Shown here one piece after another: positions 28,277 to 38,999 of a DNA stretch of 64,000 bases. A program made the translations under genes and the position numbers. The notes below the pieces were generated by a model. That model was not told the origin of the DNA and did no database searches. It saw only the letters and a program-made list of their open reading frames with translations. Source of the DNA: an uncultured bacterium (GTDB taxonomy: Bacteria; Planctomycetota; UBA1135; GCA-002686595); NCBI GenBank assembly GCA_943787795.1, contig CALSNU010000001.1, forward strand, positions 1,024,001 through 1,088,000. Reading direction: 5' to 3'. The first letter of the stretch is position 1. Each line of letters opens with the position of its first letter.

Positions 28277-29104
28277 TCAGATGGCCGCGTGGACGGCCAT
28301 GAGCTCGTCAAGCACCGCGGGCATGTGATCGAGCAGCACCATGTTCGGCCCATCCGAAGGGGAGCTGTCAGGGTCGGGGTGCGTCTCCATGAAGAGCCCG
28401 TGGACCTCGCCCGTGGCGACGGCCGCGCGGGCGAGTAGCGGGACCAGGGTGCGGTCGCCGCCGGTTCGGTCGCCGAGGGCGCCGGGACGCTGGACGCTGT
28501 GGGTGGCGTCGAAGATGACGGGGTGACCGGTCTCGCCGAGGTCGCGCAGGCCGGCCATGTCGACCACCAGCCGCCCGTAGCCGAAGGAGGTGCCGCGCTC
28601 GGTCACCATGGCCGCCGGGCCGCCCGAGTCGGTGATCTTCTTGACGACGTTGGCCATATCCCACGGCGCGAGGAATTGCCCCTTCTTGACGTTGACCGGC
28701 TTGCCCGTGCGCGCAGCGGCCACGAGGAGGTCCGTCTGGCGGCAGAGGAAGGCGGGGATCTGGAGGAGGTCGACCACCTCCGCGACGGCCGCGCACTGCT
28801 CGGGGAGGTGGACATCGGTCACCACCGGCACGCCGATCTCGGCCTTGATTTCCGAGAGCCACTTGAGGCCCTCGTCCATCCCCGGCCCGCGGCCACCGCC
28901 GATGCTCGAGCGGTTCGCCTTGTCGAAGCTCGCCTTGAAGATGAAGGGCAGGCCTCGCTCGCTCATCAGGTCCCGGAGGGTCCCGGCGATGTCGAGGGCG
29001 AGCTGGCGTGACTGGAGCACGCAGGGGCCGGCGAGGAAGAAGAGGGGGCCGTTCCCGATGGGCTGGCCGCCGATCTCGAACGCGTGGGGTGCAGGGCGGG
29101 ACAT
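28277..29104 (-). CDS. kdsA: 3-deoxy-8-phosphooctulonate (KDO8P) synthase
   Basis: 'AGPCVLQS', '[12 protein letters not shown]', '[12 protein letters not shown]', 'NVKKGQF', 'FDATHSVQ'. Confidence 0.97.
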   Translation of the reverse strand: MSRPAPHAFEIGGQPIGNGPLFFLAGPCVLQSRQLALDIAGTLRDLMSERGLPFIFKASFDKANRSSIGGGRGPGMDEGLKWLSEIKAEIGVPVVTDVHLPEQCAAVAEVVDLLQIPAFLCRQTDLLVAAARTGKPVNVKKGQFLAPWDMANVVKKITDSGGPAAMVTERGTSFGYGRLVVDMAGLRDLGETGHPVIFDATHSVQRPGALGDRTGGDRTLVPLLARAAVATGEVHGLFMETHPDPDSSPSDGPNMVLLDHMPAVLDELMAVHAAI

Positions 29105-29163
29105 GTGGGGAACCATAGCGACAGGCGGCGCGGGAGTGGGAGCGGATTCACGGCCCCGGTGGG

Positions 29164-30138
29164 ATGCCTGGCTGGAGTACCCTTCCGGGCGTGGAACGTA
29201 CGACCTTGATCACCGGCGGCAGCGGATTCCTCGGGGCGCACGTGGTCGCCGCAGCGGTGGCGCGCAGCCAGGCCGAGGGCACCCTCGCCGAACCGCTCGG
29301 CCCGCTCGTCGTGGCCCAGTGCCGGAGCTCAGCGCTCCTCGCGCCGCGCTTCTGCTCGCCGCGCGAGGCGGCGCAGTGGATCGAGGCGGACCTCCTCGAG
29401 GGGCTCGCCGGTCTGCTGGAGCGGGTTCAGCCCACGGAGATCGTCCACTGCGCGGCGCTCAGCCGTGCCGCTGACTGCGAGTCGGATCCTGCGGGCGCCC
29501 GCGCATTGAACGCCGAGGTCCCCGGGCAGCTCGCGGCCTGGGCGTCCACCCACGGGGCGCGATTGGTCCATGTGAGCACCGACCTCGTGTTCGGGGCCGA
29601 GGATGCGCCCAGGGGAGGCTTCAGCGAGACCGCGGCCCCAGGTCCGGTCTCCGAGTACGGTCGGACGAAGCTCGAGGGCGAGCGCGCTGTTCTGGAGGCG
29701 CTGCCCACGGCCACCGTCGCGCGGCTCCCGCTGCTGTACGGGAACTCGGCGGGGCGTGGTCTCGGCGCGAGCGACTCGATCCTGGAGCAGGTTGAGCGAG
29801 CCGAGCGACCGCGCCTGTTCGTCGACGAGTGGAGGACGCCGCTCGAGGTCTCGTGCGCAGGGGCAGCCCTCGTGGAGCTGCTCGACTTCGAGGCTCCCGG
29901 TGTGGTCCACCTCGCCGGCCCGGAGCGGGTCTCCCGGTACGAGCTGGGCTTGGCTGTCCTCACGTCCATGGGACTTTCCCTGGAGGAGGCTGAGGCCGAG
30001 TTACAGCCGATCCGCCAGGAGGAGCTAGACGCGGGGGCGCCGCGGCCCAGGGACGTGTCGCTCAACGCCGCTCAGGCAGCCGAGGCCCTCTCCGTGGAGC
30101 TCCCGGGTGTGTCCTCTGGCCTCGCCAGGGCGCACTGA
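29164..30138 (+). CDS. RmlD-like NAD(P)-dependent oxidoreductase (dTDP-4-dehydrorhamnose reductase family)
   Basis: '[10 protein letters not shown]', 'VHVSTDLVF', '[13 protein letters not shown]', 'LFVDEWRTP', 'PRPRDVSL'. Confidence 0.88.
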   Translation: MPGWSTLPGVERTTLITGGSGFLGAHVVAAAVARSQAEGTLAEPLGPLVVAQCRSSALLAPRFCSPREAAQWIEADLLEGLAGLLERVQPTEIVHCAALSRAADCESDPAGARALNAEVPGQLAAWASTHGARLVHVSTDLVFGAEDAPRGGFSETAAPGPVSEYGRTKLEGERAVLEALPTATVARLPLLYGNSAGRGLGASDSILEQVERAERPRLFVDEWRTPLEVSCAGAALVELLDFEAPGVVHLAGPERVSRYELGLAVLTSMGLSLEEAEAELQPIRQEELDAGAPRPRDVSLNAAQAAEALSVELPGVSSGLARAH

Positions 30139-30251
30139 TCTCGTCCCGCCCAGGCGCCTCGAATCTGACGATCCGGCGGCGCGGGTTGACCGGCCCGCGC
30201 CCGTCGGATGCCATGTGCGCGCTCGACCGTCCCCGTCGGGCCCAAACTCCC

Positions 30252-32924
30252 ATGGATCTCTCGACGCGCTACACACCCAAGGACATCGAGGAGCCGCTCT
30301 ACACCAAGTGGAATGACTCCGGCTGCTTTCAACCGCCCGCCGAGGGCGAGGGGAGCGGCAAGCCGTTCACGGTGATGATCCCGCCGCCCAACGTCACCGG
30401 TGTCCTGCACATGGGGCACGCGCTGAACGGGACCGTGCAGGACATCGTGGTGCGCCACCGGCGCAAGTCTGGCTTCGACACCCTCTGGGTGCCGGGGACG
30501 GACCACGCGGGGATCGCGACCCAGGCCGTGGTCGAGAAGCGCATCTACGCCGAGGAGGGCAAGACCCGCGACGACCTCGGCAGGGAGGAGTTCCTGCGCC
30601 GGATCTGGGATTGGAAGGAGGAGCACGGGAACATGATCCTGCGCCAGTTCAAGAGCCTCGGCTGCTCGTGCGACTGGACCCGGACCAAGTTCACCATGGA
30701 CGAGGACATGTCCCTCGCCGTGCGCACGTCCTTCGTCGACCTCTGGGAGAAGGGCCTGATCTACCGCGGCGCCCGCCTCGTCAACTGGGACTGCGTGCTC
30801 CAGACCGCAGTCAGCGACGATGAGATCGAGTACGTCACGAAGAAGGGCAAGCTCTGGCACCTGCGCTACCCGATCACCGGGCGCGAAGGAGAGTTCCTCG
30901 TGGTGGCCACCACGCGGCCCGAGACCATGCTCGGCGATACCGGGGTGGCGGTGCACCCCGACGATGACCGCTACCGCGACCTCGTGGGCAAGACGGTCCA
31001 GCTGCCCTTCGTGGACCGCGAGATCCCCATCGTGGCGGACGACTCGGTGGACCCGGAGTTCGGCTCCGGCGCGGTGAAGATCACTCCCGGCCACGACCCT
31101 GCCGACTACGAGCGCGGCCAGCGGCACAACCTGCCGATCATCAACCTCCTGGAGAAGGACGGGTCCCTCAATGCCAACGGCGGGCCCTTCGCCGGCCAGA
31201 CGCGCGAGAAGGTCCGCAAGGACCTCGTGGCGCAGATGGACGAGATGGGCCTCCTCGGCGAGGTCGAGGACATCACGCACAACGTCTCCACGTCGGACCG
31301 CTCGAAGTCGCCGGTCGAGCCGCTCGTCAGCGAGCAGTGGTTCGTGAAGATGGAGCCGCTCGCGGAGCCGGCCATCGGCGCGCTCAAGAAGGGCGACCTG
31401 CAGTTCCGGCCCGAGCGTTGGGGCAAGGTCTACCTCCACTGGCTCGAGAACGTCCAGGACTGGTGCATCTCGCGCCAGCTCTGGTGGGGGCACCGGATCC
31501 CCGTGTGGTACGACGAGGACGACGTGGCGGTGGCGTCCGTCGACGGGCTCGAGATCGGGGACGCGCACCCCAAGACCGGCAAGCCCATCGTCCGCCAGGA
31601 CCCCGACGTCCTCGACACCTGGGCGTCGTCGTGGCTCTTCCCGATCGCCACCCTGGGCTGGCCGGACAAGGGCGCCTCGGACCTGGCGCGCTTCTACCCG
31701 ACGCAGTTCCTCTCGACCGCCCAGGAGATCATCTACCTGTGGGTCGCGCGCATGGTCATGGCGGGCTATGCCTTCATGCCGGAGCGCCCCGAGGGCGAGC
31801 GGAACCCCTTCTCGACCTGCTACATCCACGCGACCGTGCTCGACGCCAAGGGCAAGCGCATGAGCAAGTCGGCGGGCAACGGCATCGACCCGCTGGACAT
31901 GATCGAGCAGTACGGCGCCGACGCCGTGCGCTTCTCGCTCGTGCTCCTCACCAAGGAGGGGCAGGACGTGCGCCTGGCGCCCGACCGCTTCGAGCAGGGC
32001 AGCCGCTTCTGCAACAAGGTCTGGAACGCGGCGCGCTTCGTGATGCTCAACCTCGCGGGCGACCGCTCGGATGAGCCGTCCACGCGCTTCGAGGACCGGT
32101 GGATCCTGAGCCGCCTCGCGCGGGCCATCGGCGAGGTCTCCTCCGCGCTGGACGAGTACCGCTTCAACGACGCGGCCTCGATGATGTACCGGTTCGTCTG
32201 GAACGACTTCTGCGACTGGTACGTGGAGCTCTCCAAGCACCGGCTCACCGGCGACGACGAGGCCTCGGCCCGGGACGCCCGGACGACCCTCGCCCGGGTC
32301 CTCAAGGACACCCTCGGCCTCCTGCACCCGTTCACCCCGTACATCACCGAGAAGCTCTGGGAGGCGCTCCACGAGACCCTCGGTGAGACGCCGGAGCACA
32401 TGCTCGCCGTCTCTCCCTGGCCCACCGGAGACGGCCTCGCGGTCGACGCCGAGGCCGAGGACGAGATGCAGGCGGTCCAGGACCTGGTGGGGTGCGTCCG
32501 TCAGGTCCGGGCGCTGACCATGGTCGCCGAGCGCCGCCCCCTGCCGGTGATCGCCAACGTGACCCGCGAGGACCTGCGGGCGGTGCTCGAGCGTCACCAG
32601 GGCGCGATCCAATCCCTGGCCTTCCTCGAGTCACTCACCCTCGATAGCGCAGCTCCACGGCCCGAGGCGAGCGCCGTCGCCGTGGCCGGAGGGATCGAGG
32701 CGTACGTGGTGCTCGGAGAGGACGTGGACTTCGACAAGCTCAAGACCGTCCTCGAGGGCCGCGCCGCCAAGGCCGGCAAGGCGCTCATGGGCGCGAAGAA
32801 GAAGCTCGAGAACCCCGGCTTCCTGGCGAAGGCGGACGACGACGTGATCGCCGCAGAGCGGCTGCGCGTCGAGGAGCTGGAGCTCGAGAAGGAGCTCCTC
32901 GAGCGCAACGTCGCTGGCTTCTGA
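30252..32924 (+). CDS. valS: Valine--tRNA ligase
   Basis: 'PPPNVTGVLHMGH', 'DHAGIATQ', 'DWCISRQLWWGHRIP', 'RMSKS', C-terminal coiled coil. Confidence 0.99.
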   Translation: MDLSTRYTPKDIEEPLYTKWNDSGCFQPPAEGEGSGKPFTVMIPPPNVTGVLHMGHALNGTVQDIVVRHRRKSGFDTLWVPGTDHAGIATQAVVEKRIYAEEGKTRDDLGREEFLRRIWDWKEEHGNMILRQFKSLGCSCDWTRTKFTMDEDMSLAVRTSFVDLWEKGLIYRGARLVNWDCVLQTAVSDDEIEYVTKKGKLWHLRYPITGREGEFLVVATTRPETMLGDTGVAVHPDDDRYRDLVGKTVQLPFVDREIPIVADDSVDPEFGSGAVKITPGHDPADYERGQRHNLPIINLLEKDGSLNANGGPFAGQTREKVRKDLVAQMDEMGLLGEVEDITHNVSTSDRSKSPVEPLVSEQWFVKMEPLAEPAIGALKKGDLQFRPERWGKVYLHWLENVQDWCISRQLWWGHRIPVWYDEDDVAVASVDGLEIGDAHPKTGKPIVRQDPDVLDTWASSWLFPIATLGWPDKGASDLARFYPTQFLSTAQEIIYLWVARMVMAGYAFMPERPEGERNPFSTCYIHATVLDAKGKRMSKSAGNGIDPLDMIEQYGADAVRFSLVLLTKEGQDVRLAPDRFEQGSRFCNKVWNAARFVMLNLAGDRSDEPSTRFEDRWILSRLARAIGEVSSALDEYRFNDAASMMYRFVWNDFCDWYVELSKHRLTGDDEASARDARTTLARVLKDTLGLLHPFTPYITEKLWEALHETLGETPEHMLAVSPWPTGDGLAVDAEAEDEMQAVQDLVGCVRQVRALTMVAERRPLPVIANVTREDLRAVLERHQGAIQSLAFLESLTLDSAAPRPEASAVAVAGGIEAYVVLGEDVDFDKLKTVLEGRAAKAGKALMGAKKKLENPGFLAKADDDVIAAERLRVEELELEKELLERNVAGF

Positions 32925-33060
32925 GCCGGCTCGCACGCCTCCTCCTCTTGGGGGGGGGCGTGCCGCCAGGCGGCGCCCTGCGGGATAGAGCGGGCTACAG
33001 CGGGGCGCCGGACCCGTTGCCGCGGTGGCTGGCCCCTCGCTGGCGGGGCGAGCCGAGCTC

Positions 33061-34422
33061 TCAGGCCAGCGCCACCGCGCGTCGCCGCTCCAGCCACGCA
33101 TTCGACTTGGCCGTGGAGGCGATCCCGAGGAGGTTCCCGGCGTCGTCGCCGAGGGCGGTGAGCGCGCGATGGACGAGGACATACCAGTCCGGCGCGAGCC
33201 CCTTGGTATCCACGAACGGCGCCAGGATCTGCATGGCCTCCTCCGGATTGCCGGCCTCCACCTCGATCTCGGCCGCGAGCAGAGTGCCCGCGAAGGACCA
33301 GGGGCCTCCTGCAGCGGGGAGCGCGGCGCGCGCGCTGTCGAAGCGGCCCTCTGCGAGGTAGAGGCCGCTGATCTTCAGGCGGGACAGCTCGTTGGTGATC
33401 GAGGGGAGGACGGGCTGCGCGAAGTGCTTGCCGTCCGCCGCGATGACCTGTTCAAAGCACCTGTGCGCCTCGACGAGGTTCCCGAGGCCTGTCTGGGCGA
33501 GGCCCTCGACATAGACGAGGTTCGGGTGGCGGTCCGGGGTGAACCGCAGGGAGTCCTGGACGGTGGCGAGCGCCTGGGCGTGGTCGCCGGCCTCTGTCTG
33601 CAGGAGGCCGAGGGCGTAGCCGATGCGCACCATGTTCTCGGCGAAGTGGCCCTCCGGTCGATTCTCGTTGCGCCTCAGGAAGGGGCCGAAGTGGCGCTCT
33701 CCGACGGCGCGGGCCTCCTGGGCCTCTCCATCCTTGATGAGCTGCACCACGAGGTAGCCCGCGATCTCCCCGTCCTCAGGATCGTCCTCGAGGCACATTC
33801 GAAGGAGGCGAGTGTTTCGGTCGTCCTTGCGGAGGCCGGTGCGGTACGCCGGGACGTCGCCGTAGTGGATGAGCGCGGCCCCGACGGCCACCGTGTCACC
33901 CAGCCCGCGGCTGTGGAGCTCGTTGAAGCCGACCGTCAGGGTCTCGTGGACGCGCCTCCTGAAGCGCATCTCGGGGAGGTTCCTGAAGAGCCTGGGGACG
34001 AAGGCAAGCTCACCGAGCTGCCTCGCGCCGGACATGACCTCCTCAGCGTCCGCGTCCATCTCGCTCGCGTTGTAGAGGGGGAGACAGCCCAGGAGGACCC
34101 GCGGGTTACGAGCCGCCTCGAGGAGGTTCTCTCCCATGTTCGGGGCCAGGCGCTCGTCCGCGTCGAGGATCAGGATGTGTGTCCCGGAAGCTCGCTCGAC
34201 GCCCGCGTTCCTCGCCCTCGCAAAGTCGTCGCACCAGGGGAAGTGGATCACGCTCGCGCCCTCGGCCTTGGCGATGGCGACGGTGTCGTCGGTGCTGCCC
34301 GTATCGACCACGATCATCTCGTGGACCACGCCACGTACGGAGCGGAGGCAGTCGGCGATAAAGGCCGCCTCGTTCTTGGCGATCATGCACAGGGAGATGC
34401 GGGGGCGCGTCTTCATGGTCAT
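33061..34422 (-). CDS. GT2-family glycosyltransferase with C-terminal TPR repeats
   Basis: 'ISLCMIAKNEA...IVVDTGSTDDT', 'WCDDFARARN', 'LILDADE', 'VHE'; TPR-like C-terminal half. Confidence 0.9.
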   Translation of the reverse strand: MTMKTRPRISLCMIAKNEAAFIADCLRSVRGVVHEMIVVDTGSTDDTVAIAKAEGASVIHFPWCDDFARARNAGVERASGTHILILDADERLAPNMGENLLEAARNPRVLLGCLPLYNASEMDADAEEVMSGARQLGELAFVPRLFRNLPEMRFRRRVHETLTVGFNELHSRGLGDTVAVGAALIHYGDVPAYRTGLRKDDRNTRLLRMCLEDDPEDGEIAGYLVVQLIKDGEAQEARAVGERHFGPFLRRNENRPEGHFAENMVRIGYALGLLQTEAGDHAQALATVQDSLRFTPDRHPNLVYVEGLAQTGLGNLVEAHRCFEQVIAADGKHFAQPVLPSITNELSRLKISGLYLAEGRFDSARAALPAAGGPWSFAGTLLAAEIEVEAGNPEEAMQILAPFVDTKGLAPDWYVLVHRALTALGDDAGNLLGIASTAKSNAWLERRRAVALA

Positions 34423-34454
34423 AACGTGCCAACGACGGCGACCCGATTCCACGA

Positions 34455-34494
34455 AGAAGCCCCCCCGTCGGCCGTGGGCGACGGGGGGGCTTCT
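34455..34494 (-). terminator. Strong hairpin, probable terminator after the FGE-domain gene
   Basis: Perfect 16-bp inverted repeat AGAAGCCCCCCCGTCG/CGACGGGGGGGCTTCT with an 8-nt loop, 11 nt past the stop at 34506; short U tail on the minus strand. Confidence 0.7.
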
Positions 34495-34505
34495 CGGGGT
34501 CGCGA

Positions 34506-36368
34506 TCAGCGGCGCCAGCCGGACCCGATGGCGCCGTTCTCGACGCGCATGCGGAGGCTGAGCGGGATGATGCGGGACTTCGCCGTGCGGCGGACCTTGG
34601 CGTCGAAGGTCAGGAAGTCATGGGTCTCCTGGACCTTCTCCTTCACGGTCGCGCCCACCCAGACGGTCTTTTGCTCGGCGGAGACCCCGGTGGTCGAGGT
34701 GCGCTTGTTGTCCTTCTGGTCCTGGGCCTTCTTGGTCTTCATGGAGGCGACGTACTCGCCGGTCTCTGCGTCCATGAAGATGATCAGGTTCTCGGTGAGG
34801 TCAATCTGGCGCAGGAGGCGCTGCTCAGGCGTGAGGAGCTCCAGCGGCGTGTCGTCGGAGATCTCGACGGGGGCTTCCTCTTCCCCTGCGGCCTCGTCCT
34901 CGACTTCCTCGGCCTCCTCCTCGGAGGAGATCACCTTGCCCTTGCCTCGGTAGGCCACCAGGTAGTTGCCCGGATCGAGCTTGGGCTCGGCGAAGGGAAT
35001 CGTCGTCGAGAAGTAGCCGAAGAGGACCGGCGCGACCCTGGAGGCGCGGTTCAGCTCGCCGCCGGGGCTCTCAGCCAGTTCATTGCGGGGCACGAAGACG
35101 GCGTATTCATAGCCGTCGACCACCGCGTAGCCCTCGGGGCGGTTGCCGTCGATGTTCTTTGTGGAGTAGCGGTCGATCCCGACCGACTCGGTCGAATCGA
35201 AGGTCTCGCCGCCCTTCCGGGCGCCGGAGTTCCGGATGACGTTGCGCCACACCGCGTCCGCGATGTCGCGCCCGGGCGCCGTGCTCGCCGAGACCCGGAA
35301 GCCGAGCCCATCGGTGGTCTCGGTCCGCGGCGTGGCGCGGCGCGTCGTGACGCGAGCGGCCAGCAGGCCGAACTGGAAGGCACCGCCCATCACCACGCGC
35401 TGGTTTGCGTTCCAGCGGGGAGCGGGCTCAAGGGTCTCCTTGCGGCCGCCAGACTTCTTGACCTTGTACTTGTTCGACTTGAACTTCGGGTAGGCCGTGT
35501 ACTGGCCGGTCGTCCACTCCCAGACGCTGCCGGACTGGTCCATGACGCCGTACGGGCTCGCGCCATCAGGGAAGGATCCGACGTTGAAGAGCTTCCTGCG
35601 GCGACTCTCCTGGGTGTGGGCGCGGCCTTCGGCCTCCCACTCGTTACCCCAGGGGAACCACTGGTCCTTGTTCCCGCGGGCGGAGTGGATCCACTCCTGC
35701 TCGGAGGGGATCCGCATGCCGGCCCACTCGCAGTAGGAGGAGGCGTCGCGGAAGTCCACGAAGACGACAGGTGCAGACTCGAGGCCCTCCGGGATGGACC
35801 ACTCCGAGTCCGCCCAGTTCTCGTCCCACCAGCGCTTCTTCATCCCGTTGTCCCACTTCTTGCGGACGTAGCGCTCGCCGGCGTCCCGAGCGGCCTTGGC
35901 CTTCTCGGCCTCGATGCGGCCGAACTCCGTCTGGGCCGCGAGGATGGCGGGCTCTCCCCAGTGGGTGGGGGGACGGAAGCCGGTGTCCTCGACGAAGGCG
36001 AGGTACTGCTCGTTGGTGACCTCGAACTTCCCCATGTGGAAGGGGAGCACCTTGACGTCGTGCTGCGGGGTCTCGCCGTCCAGTGTCCGCGCGAAGCCCT
36101 GGTAGGCCTCGGTCTGGAGCAACTCCTCGACGGCCTTGGGTTTCGAGCCCACGCGGGTGCTCCCGCCCTTGACCGGGACCGTCCCTGGGGGCGCGACCTT
36201 GGAGGCTTCGACCATGGGGGACGAGTCATCCCCCTTCTTCTTGTCCACAGAGTGGACCGTGAGCGGGTGCCCAAAGGTCGGGGACGTGAGGGTGCAGGCT
36301 GCCAGGCAGACGGTGGCTGCCAGGAAGTGGAGGGTTGTGCGCATCTGGTTCGACGTGGTGGAGGTCAT
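34506..36368 (-). CDS. Exported FGE-sulfatase (SUMF1/EgtB/PvdO) domain protein
   Basis: 'FEVTNEQYLAFV', 'PVVFVDFRDASSYCEWAGMRIPSEQEW..SARG', 'SPYGVMDQSGSVWEW', 'GFRV'; signal peptide; alternative start 36344. Confidence 0.9.
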   Translation of the reverse strand: MTSTTSNQMRTTLHFLAATVCLAACTLTSPTFGHPLTVHSVDKKKGDDSSPMVEASKVAPPGTVPVKGGSTRVGSKPKAVEELLQTEAYQGFARTLDGETPQHDVKVLPFHMGKFEVTNEQYLAFVEDTGFRPPTHWGEPAILAAQTEFGRIEAEKAKAARDAGERYVRKKWDNGMKKRWWDENWADSEWSIPEGLESAPVVFVDFRDASSYCEWAGMRIPSEQEWIHSARGNKDQWFPWGNEWEAEGRAHTQESRRRKLFNVGSFPDGASPYGVMDQSGSVWEWTTGQYTAYPKFKSNKYKVKKSGGRKETLEPAPRWNANQRVVMGGAFQFGLLAARVTTRRATPRTETTDGLGFRVSASTAPGRDIADAVWRNVIRNSGARKGGETFDSTESVGIDRYSTKNIDGNRPEGYAVVDGYEYAVFVPRNELAESPGGELNRASRVAPVLFGYFSTTIPFAEPKLDPGNYLVAYRGKGKVISSEEEAEEVEDEAAGEEEAPVEISDDTPLELLTPEQRLLRQIDLTENLIIFMDAETGEYVASMKTKKAQDQKDNKRTSTTGVSAEQKTVWVGATVKEKVQETHDFLTFDAKVRRTAKSRIIPLSLRMRVENGAIGSGWRR

Positions 36369-36560
36369 GGAGGCCCACCAGGGGTTTCCACGACCTAGCG
36401 ACGGGCGTCGCCGGCGTTTCAGCAACAGACAAAAAAAGGACCGGGAGCGACGCGTCGCTCCCGGAGGAGGGCAAGCAGTTTAGCGGCGGAGGAACGACCT
36501 CACTACCCCCTGGGCTGGATGGACCCGGGAGCCGGCTCTTGGGGGCCCGGTTCCGGCTCC

Positions 36561-37676
36561 TCAGGTGCGAACTGTCGCGGTGTGAGGCGAGCCCGGGGGC
36601 GCCGTTGGCGTCCCCTTGGGCGGGTGGGGGCCATCGGCGCCCCTCTCGGCAGGGACGAGCAGTCCTGCAGCGGCGAGATCGGCCCTCGGCGCCATCAGCC
36701 ACTCATCCCCGTGCACCTCGAGGAGTCTCAGGAACGTATCGATGATGTCAGGCGCGAAGGCTCGACCGGCCTGGGACTCGAAGAAGTCGATGGTCTTCTG
36801 GAGGGACCAGGCGCCCTTGTAGGAGCGACGCGTGGTCAGCGAGTCAAAGACCTCCACGACGCAGAGGATCCGCCCTGGCCGGGAGATCTCCTCACCGCGC
36901 AGGCGGAACGGGTAGCCCAGGCCGTCCCAGCGCTCGTGGTGCTCGACCACGTACTGGACGACACGCTTGAGCTGCGGGTGCTCGCCGAGCCTCTCGGCGC
37001 CGACCAGCGGGTGCCGCTGCATCTCACGCCGCTCGGCGGGGGTCAGGGGACCCTTCTTGGTGAGGAAGCCGAGGTCGTCGAGGAAGATCTTGCCGTAGTC
37101 GTGGGCGATGGCTCCAAGCTCAAGGTGCTCGATGGTCTTCCGGTCGAGCCCGAAGTCCTCGGCCACCATCTTGCAGTACTTGCGCGTCCGCTCTCCGTGC
37201 CCCGCGGTGTACGGGTCCACGCGCTCGATGGACTTGGCCACCAGGCCCGAGAGGATGTCCACGAGGTCCTGGTAGGGGAGCTCCTCGGAACGGAGCCTTT
37301 GCTCTCGGACCGAGCGCTGGATGGTGGCGCCGAGGAGCTCGGGGTCCACCGGCTTCTGGAGGTAGTCCACGGCGCCGACCTTCATGGCCTGGACCGCCGC
37401 TTCGACCCTGGGATAGCCCGTCATGAGCAGGCAGATCGCTTCGGGACGGAGCCGGCGAGTGGCGGCGAGGATCTCCTCGCCCTCGCTCGTCCCGTCAAAG
37501 ACGACGTCGGTGACCACGGCGTCGAAGGGGGAAGTCTCCACCTCGCGGATCGCGGCGGCTGACGTCGAGGCCAGGACCACGTCGAGGCCCTGGGCCGTGA
37601 GCGACGCGCCGAGGACATCGAGGGTGAGCTGCTCGTCGTCGGCCAGCAGGACCTTCAGCGGGGGACTTCCTTCCAT
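36561..37676 (-). CDS. Response regulator with HD-GYP domain (c-di-GMP phosphodiesterase, RpfG-like)
   Basis: REC 'LLADDE...VTDV...MTGY...YLQKP'; 'DPYTAGHGER', 'HDYGKI', 'HHERWDGLGYP'. Confidence 0.93.
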   Translation of the reverse strand: MEGSPPLKVLLADDEQLTLDVLGASLTAQGLDVVLASTSAAAIREVETSPFDAVVTDVVFDGTSEGEEILAATRRLRPEAICLLMTGYPRVEAAVQAMKVGAVDYLQKPVDPELLGATIQRSVREQRLRSEELPYQDLVDILSGLVAKSIERVDPYTAGHGERTRKYCKMVAEDFGLDRKTIEHLELGAIAHDYGKIFLDDLGFLTKKGPLTPAERREMQRHPLVGAERLGEHPQLKRVVQYVVEHHERWDGLGYPFRLRGEEISRPGRILCVVEVFDSLTTRRSYKGAWSLQKTIDFFESQAGRAFAPDIIDTFLRLLEVHGDEWLMAPRADLAAAGLLVPAERGADGPHPPKGTPTAPPGSPHTATVRT

Positions 37677-37752
37677 CGTCCCTTGGATAGCAGTCGAGAG
37701 GTCCCGATGGAAGCGGCTAGGCTCGGGTATCGTCCTACACCAAGCTGATCCC

Positions 37753-38745
37753 ATGACAGGCCCCACTCAACTCACCCTCGAGATCCCCGCCGAGCACAAC
37801 GGCGCCCGCCTCGATGTGGCGCTGGCTGCGCTCGTCCAGGGACAGTCACGGAGCCAGCTCCAGCGCCTGATCAAGGACGGGGGCGTGCAGGTGGCCGGTC
37901 GGGAGATCCGCCGCCCGAACACCCCCGTGGAGGGCGGGGCGCAGGTGGAGCTCACCCTTAGCGGCGATAGGGAGGTCTCCACGGACGTCGGAGGCGCGGC
38001 GATCGTGGAGCTCGAGGTGATCCACGAGGACGAGTCGATCATCGTGATCAACAAGCCCGCGGGGCTCGTGTGCCACCCCAACCCCCGGCAGACCCGCGGG
38101 ACCCTGTCGGACCTCGCGGTGGAGCGCTTCGGGCCGCTGCCCGAGGTGCAGGGCGAGAACCGGCCTGGGATCGTCCACCGCCTCGACCGGCTCACCAGCG
38201 GCGTGATCGTCTTGGGGAGGACGCTCCCGGCGCTCAACGCCCTGAAGAAGCAGTTCAAGGACAGGGAGGTCTCGAAGATGTACCTGGCCCTCGTGCACGG
38301 CGTGCCGCGGTTTGACTCGGAGTGGCGGACCGGGGCCATCGGTGCCTCCCCCAAGAACCCCGAGCGCATGCGCGTGGTCCCCTCGGCGCTGGAGGGCGAA
38401 CTCGTCGAGCGCGGCGAGGCGCGGACGGCCGAGACGCTGATCGAGCGCGTGGAGGAGTTGGGCCCGGCGACCCTGGTCGCCGCGCACCCCAAGACCGGTC
38501 GCACCCACCAGATCCGCGTGCACCTGCAGGAGGCCGGGCTGCCGATCGTGGGGGACCGGGCCTACTCCAACGGCGGTGCCCAGAAGCACCCGCTCCCGAG
38601 GAGCGTGCACGGCATGGAGCGGCCAGCGCTCCACGCCCGGCGCATCACCTTTCGCCACCCCGACACCGGCGAGGATGTGACCTTCGAGGCGCCGCTGCCG
38701 GCGGACATGGACGCGCTCATCGGCGCCCTTCGGGCGGCTCGCTGA
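37753..38745 (+). CDS. rluD: RluA-family pseudouridine synthase (RluD-like, S4 domain)
   Basis: S4 'RLDVALA..SRSQLQRLI', 'INKPAGLVCHP', 'HRLDRLTSG', 'TGRTHQIRVH'. Confidence 0.9.
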   Translation: MTGPTQLTLEIPAEHNGARLDVALAALVQGQSRSQLQRLIKDGGVQVAGREIRRPNTPVEGGAQVELTLSGDREVSTDVGGAAIVELEVIHEDESIIVINKPAGLVCHPNPRQTRGTLSDLAVERFGPLPEVQGENRPGIVHRLDRLTSGVIVLGRTLPALNALKKQFKDREVSKMYLALVHGVPRFDSEWRTGAIGASPKNPERMRVVPSALEGELVERGEARTAETLIERVEELGPATLVAAHPKTGRTHQIRVHLQEAGLPIVGDRAYSNGGAQKHPLPRSVHGMERPALHARRITFRHPDTGEDVTFEAPLPADMDALIGALRAAR

Positions 38746-38915
38746 GGGTCTCCACGGGACTTCCGAAGGTCCTCCAAGGGGCTTCCACGGGGCCTCGCAC
38801 GCGCGGCGCCCAGGCCGTCGCTTCTCCACCGCAGCCCCGCCCGGGAGGGTGCCCTGACGGGGAGGACGCCAGCGAGGCGGTGCCGCGAATCGCGACCCGG
38901 GCTTGTGCCCGCGGT

Positions 38916-38999
38916 CTACTCCCCGGCAGCGACTCCCCGACAGCGACTCTCCGACAGCGACTCTCCGGCAGCGACTCTCCGACAGCTACTCTCCGACAG
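38916..38999. repeat. 14-bp tandem repeat, 6 copies (CKACTCYCCGRCAG)
   Basis: Units at 38916, 38930, 38944, 38958, 38972 and 38986; the last unit contains the stop codon of the minus-strand gene. Confidence 0.9.

Noticed and set aside
38916..38999. Possible CRISPR arrays at the tandem repeats (also 16210-16307 and 42769-42835)
   Set aside because: Units are 12-18 bp and contiguous, with no unique spacers and no cas genes in the window.
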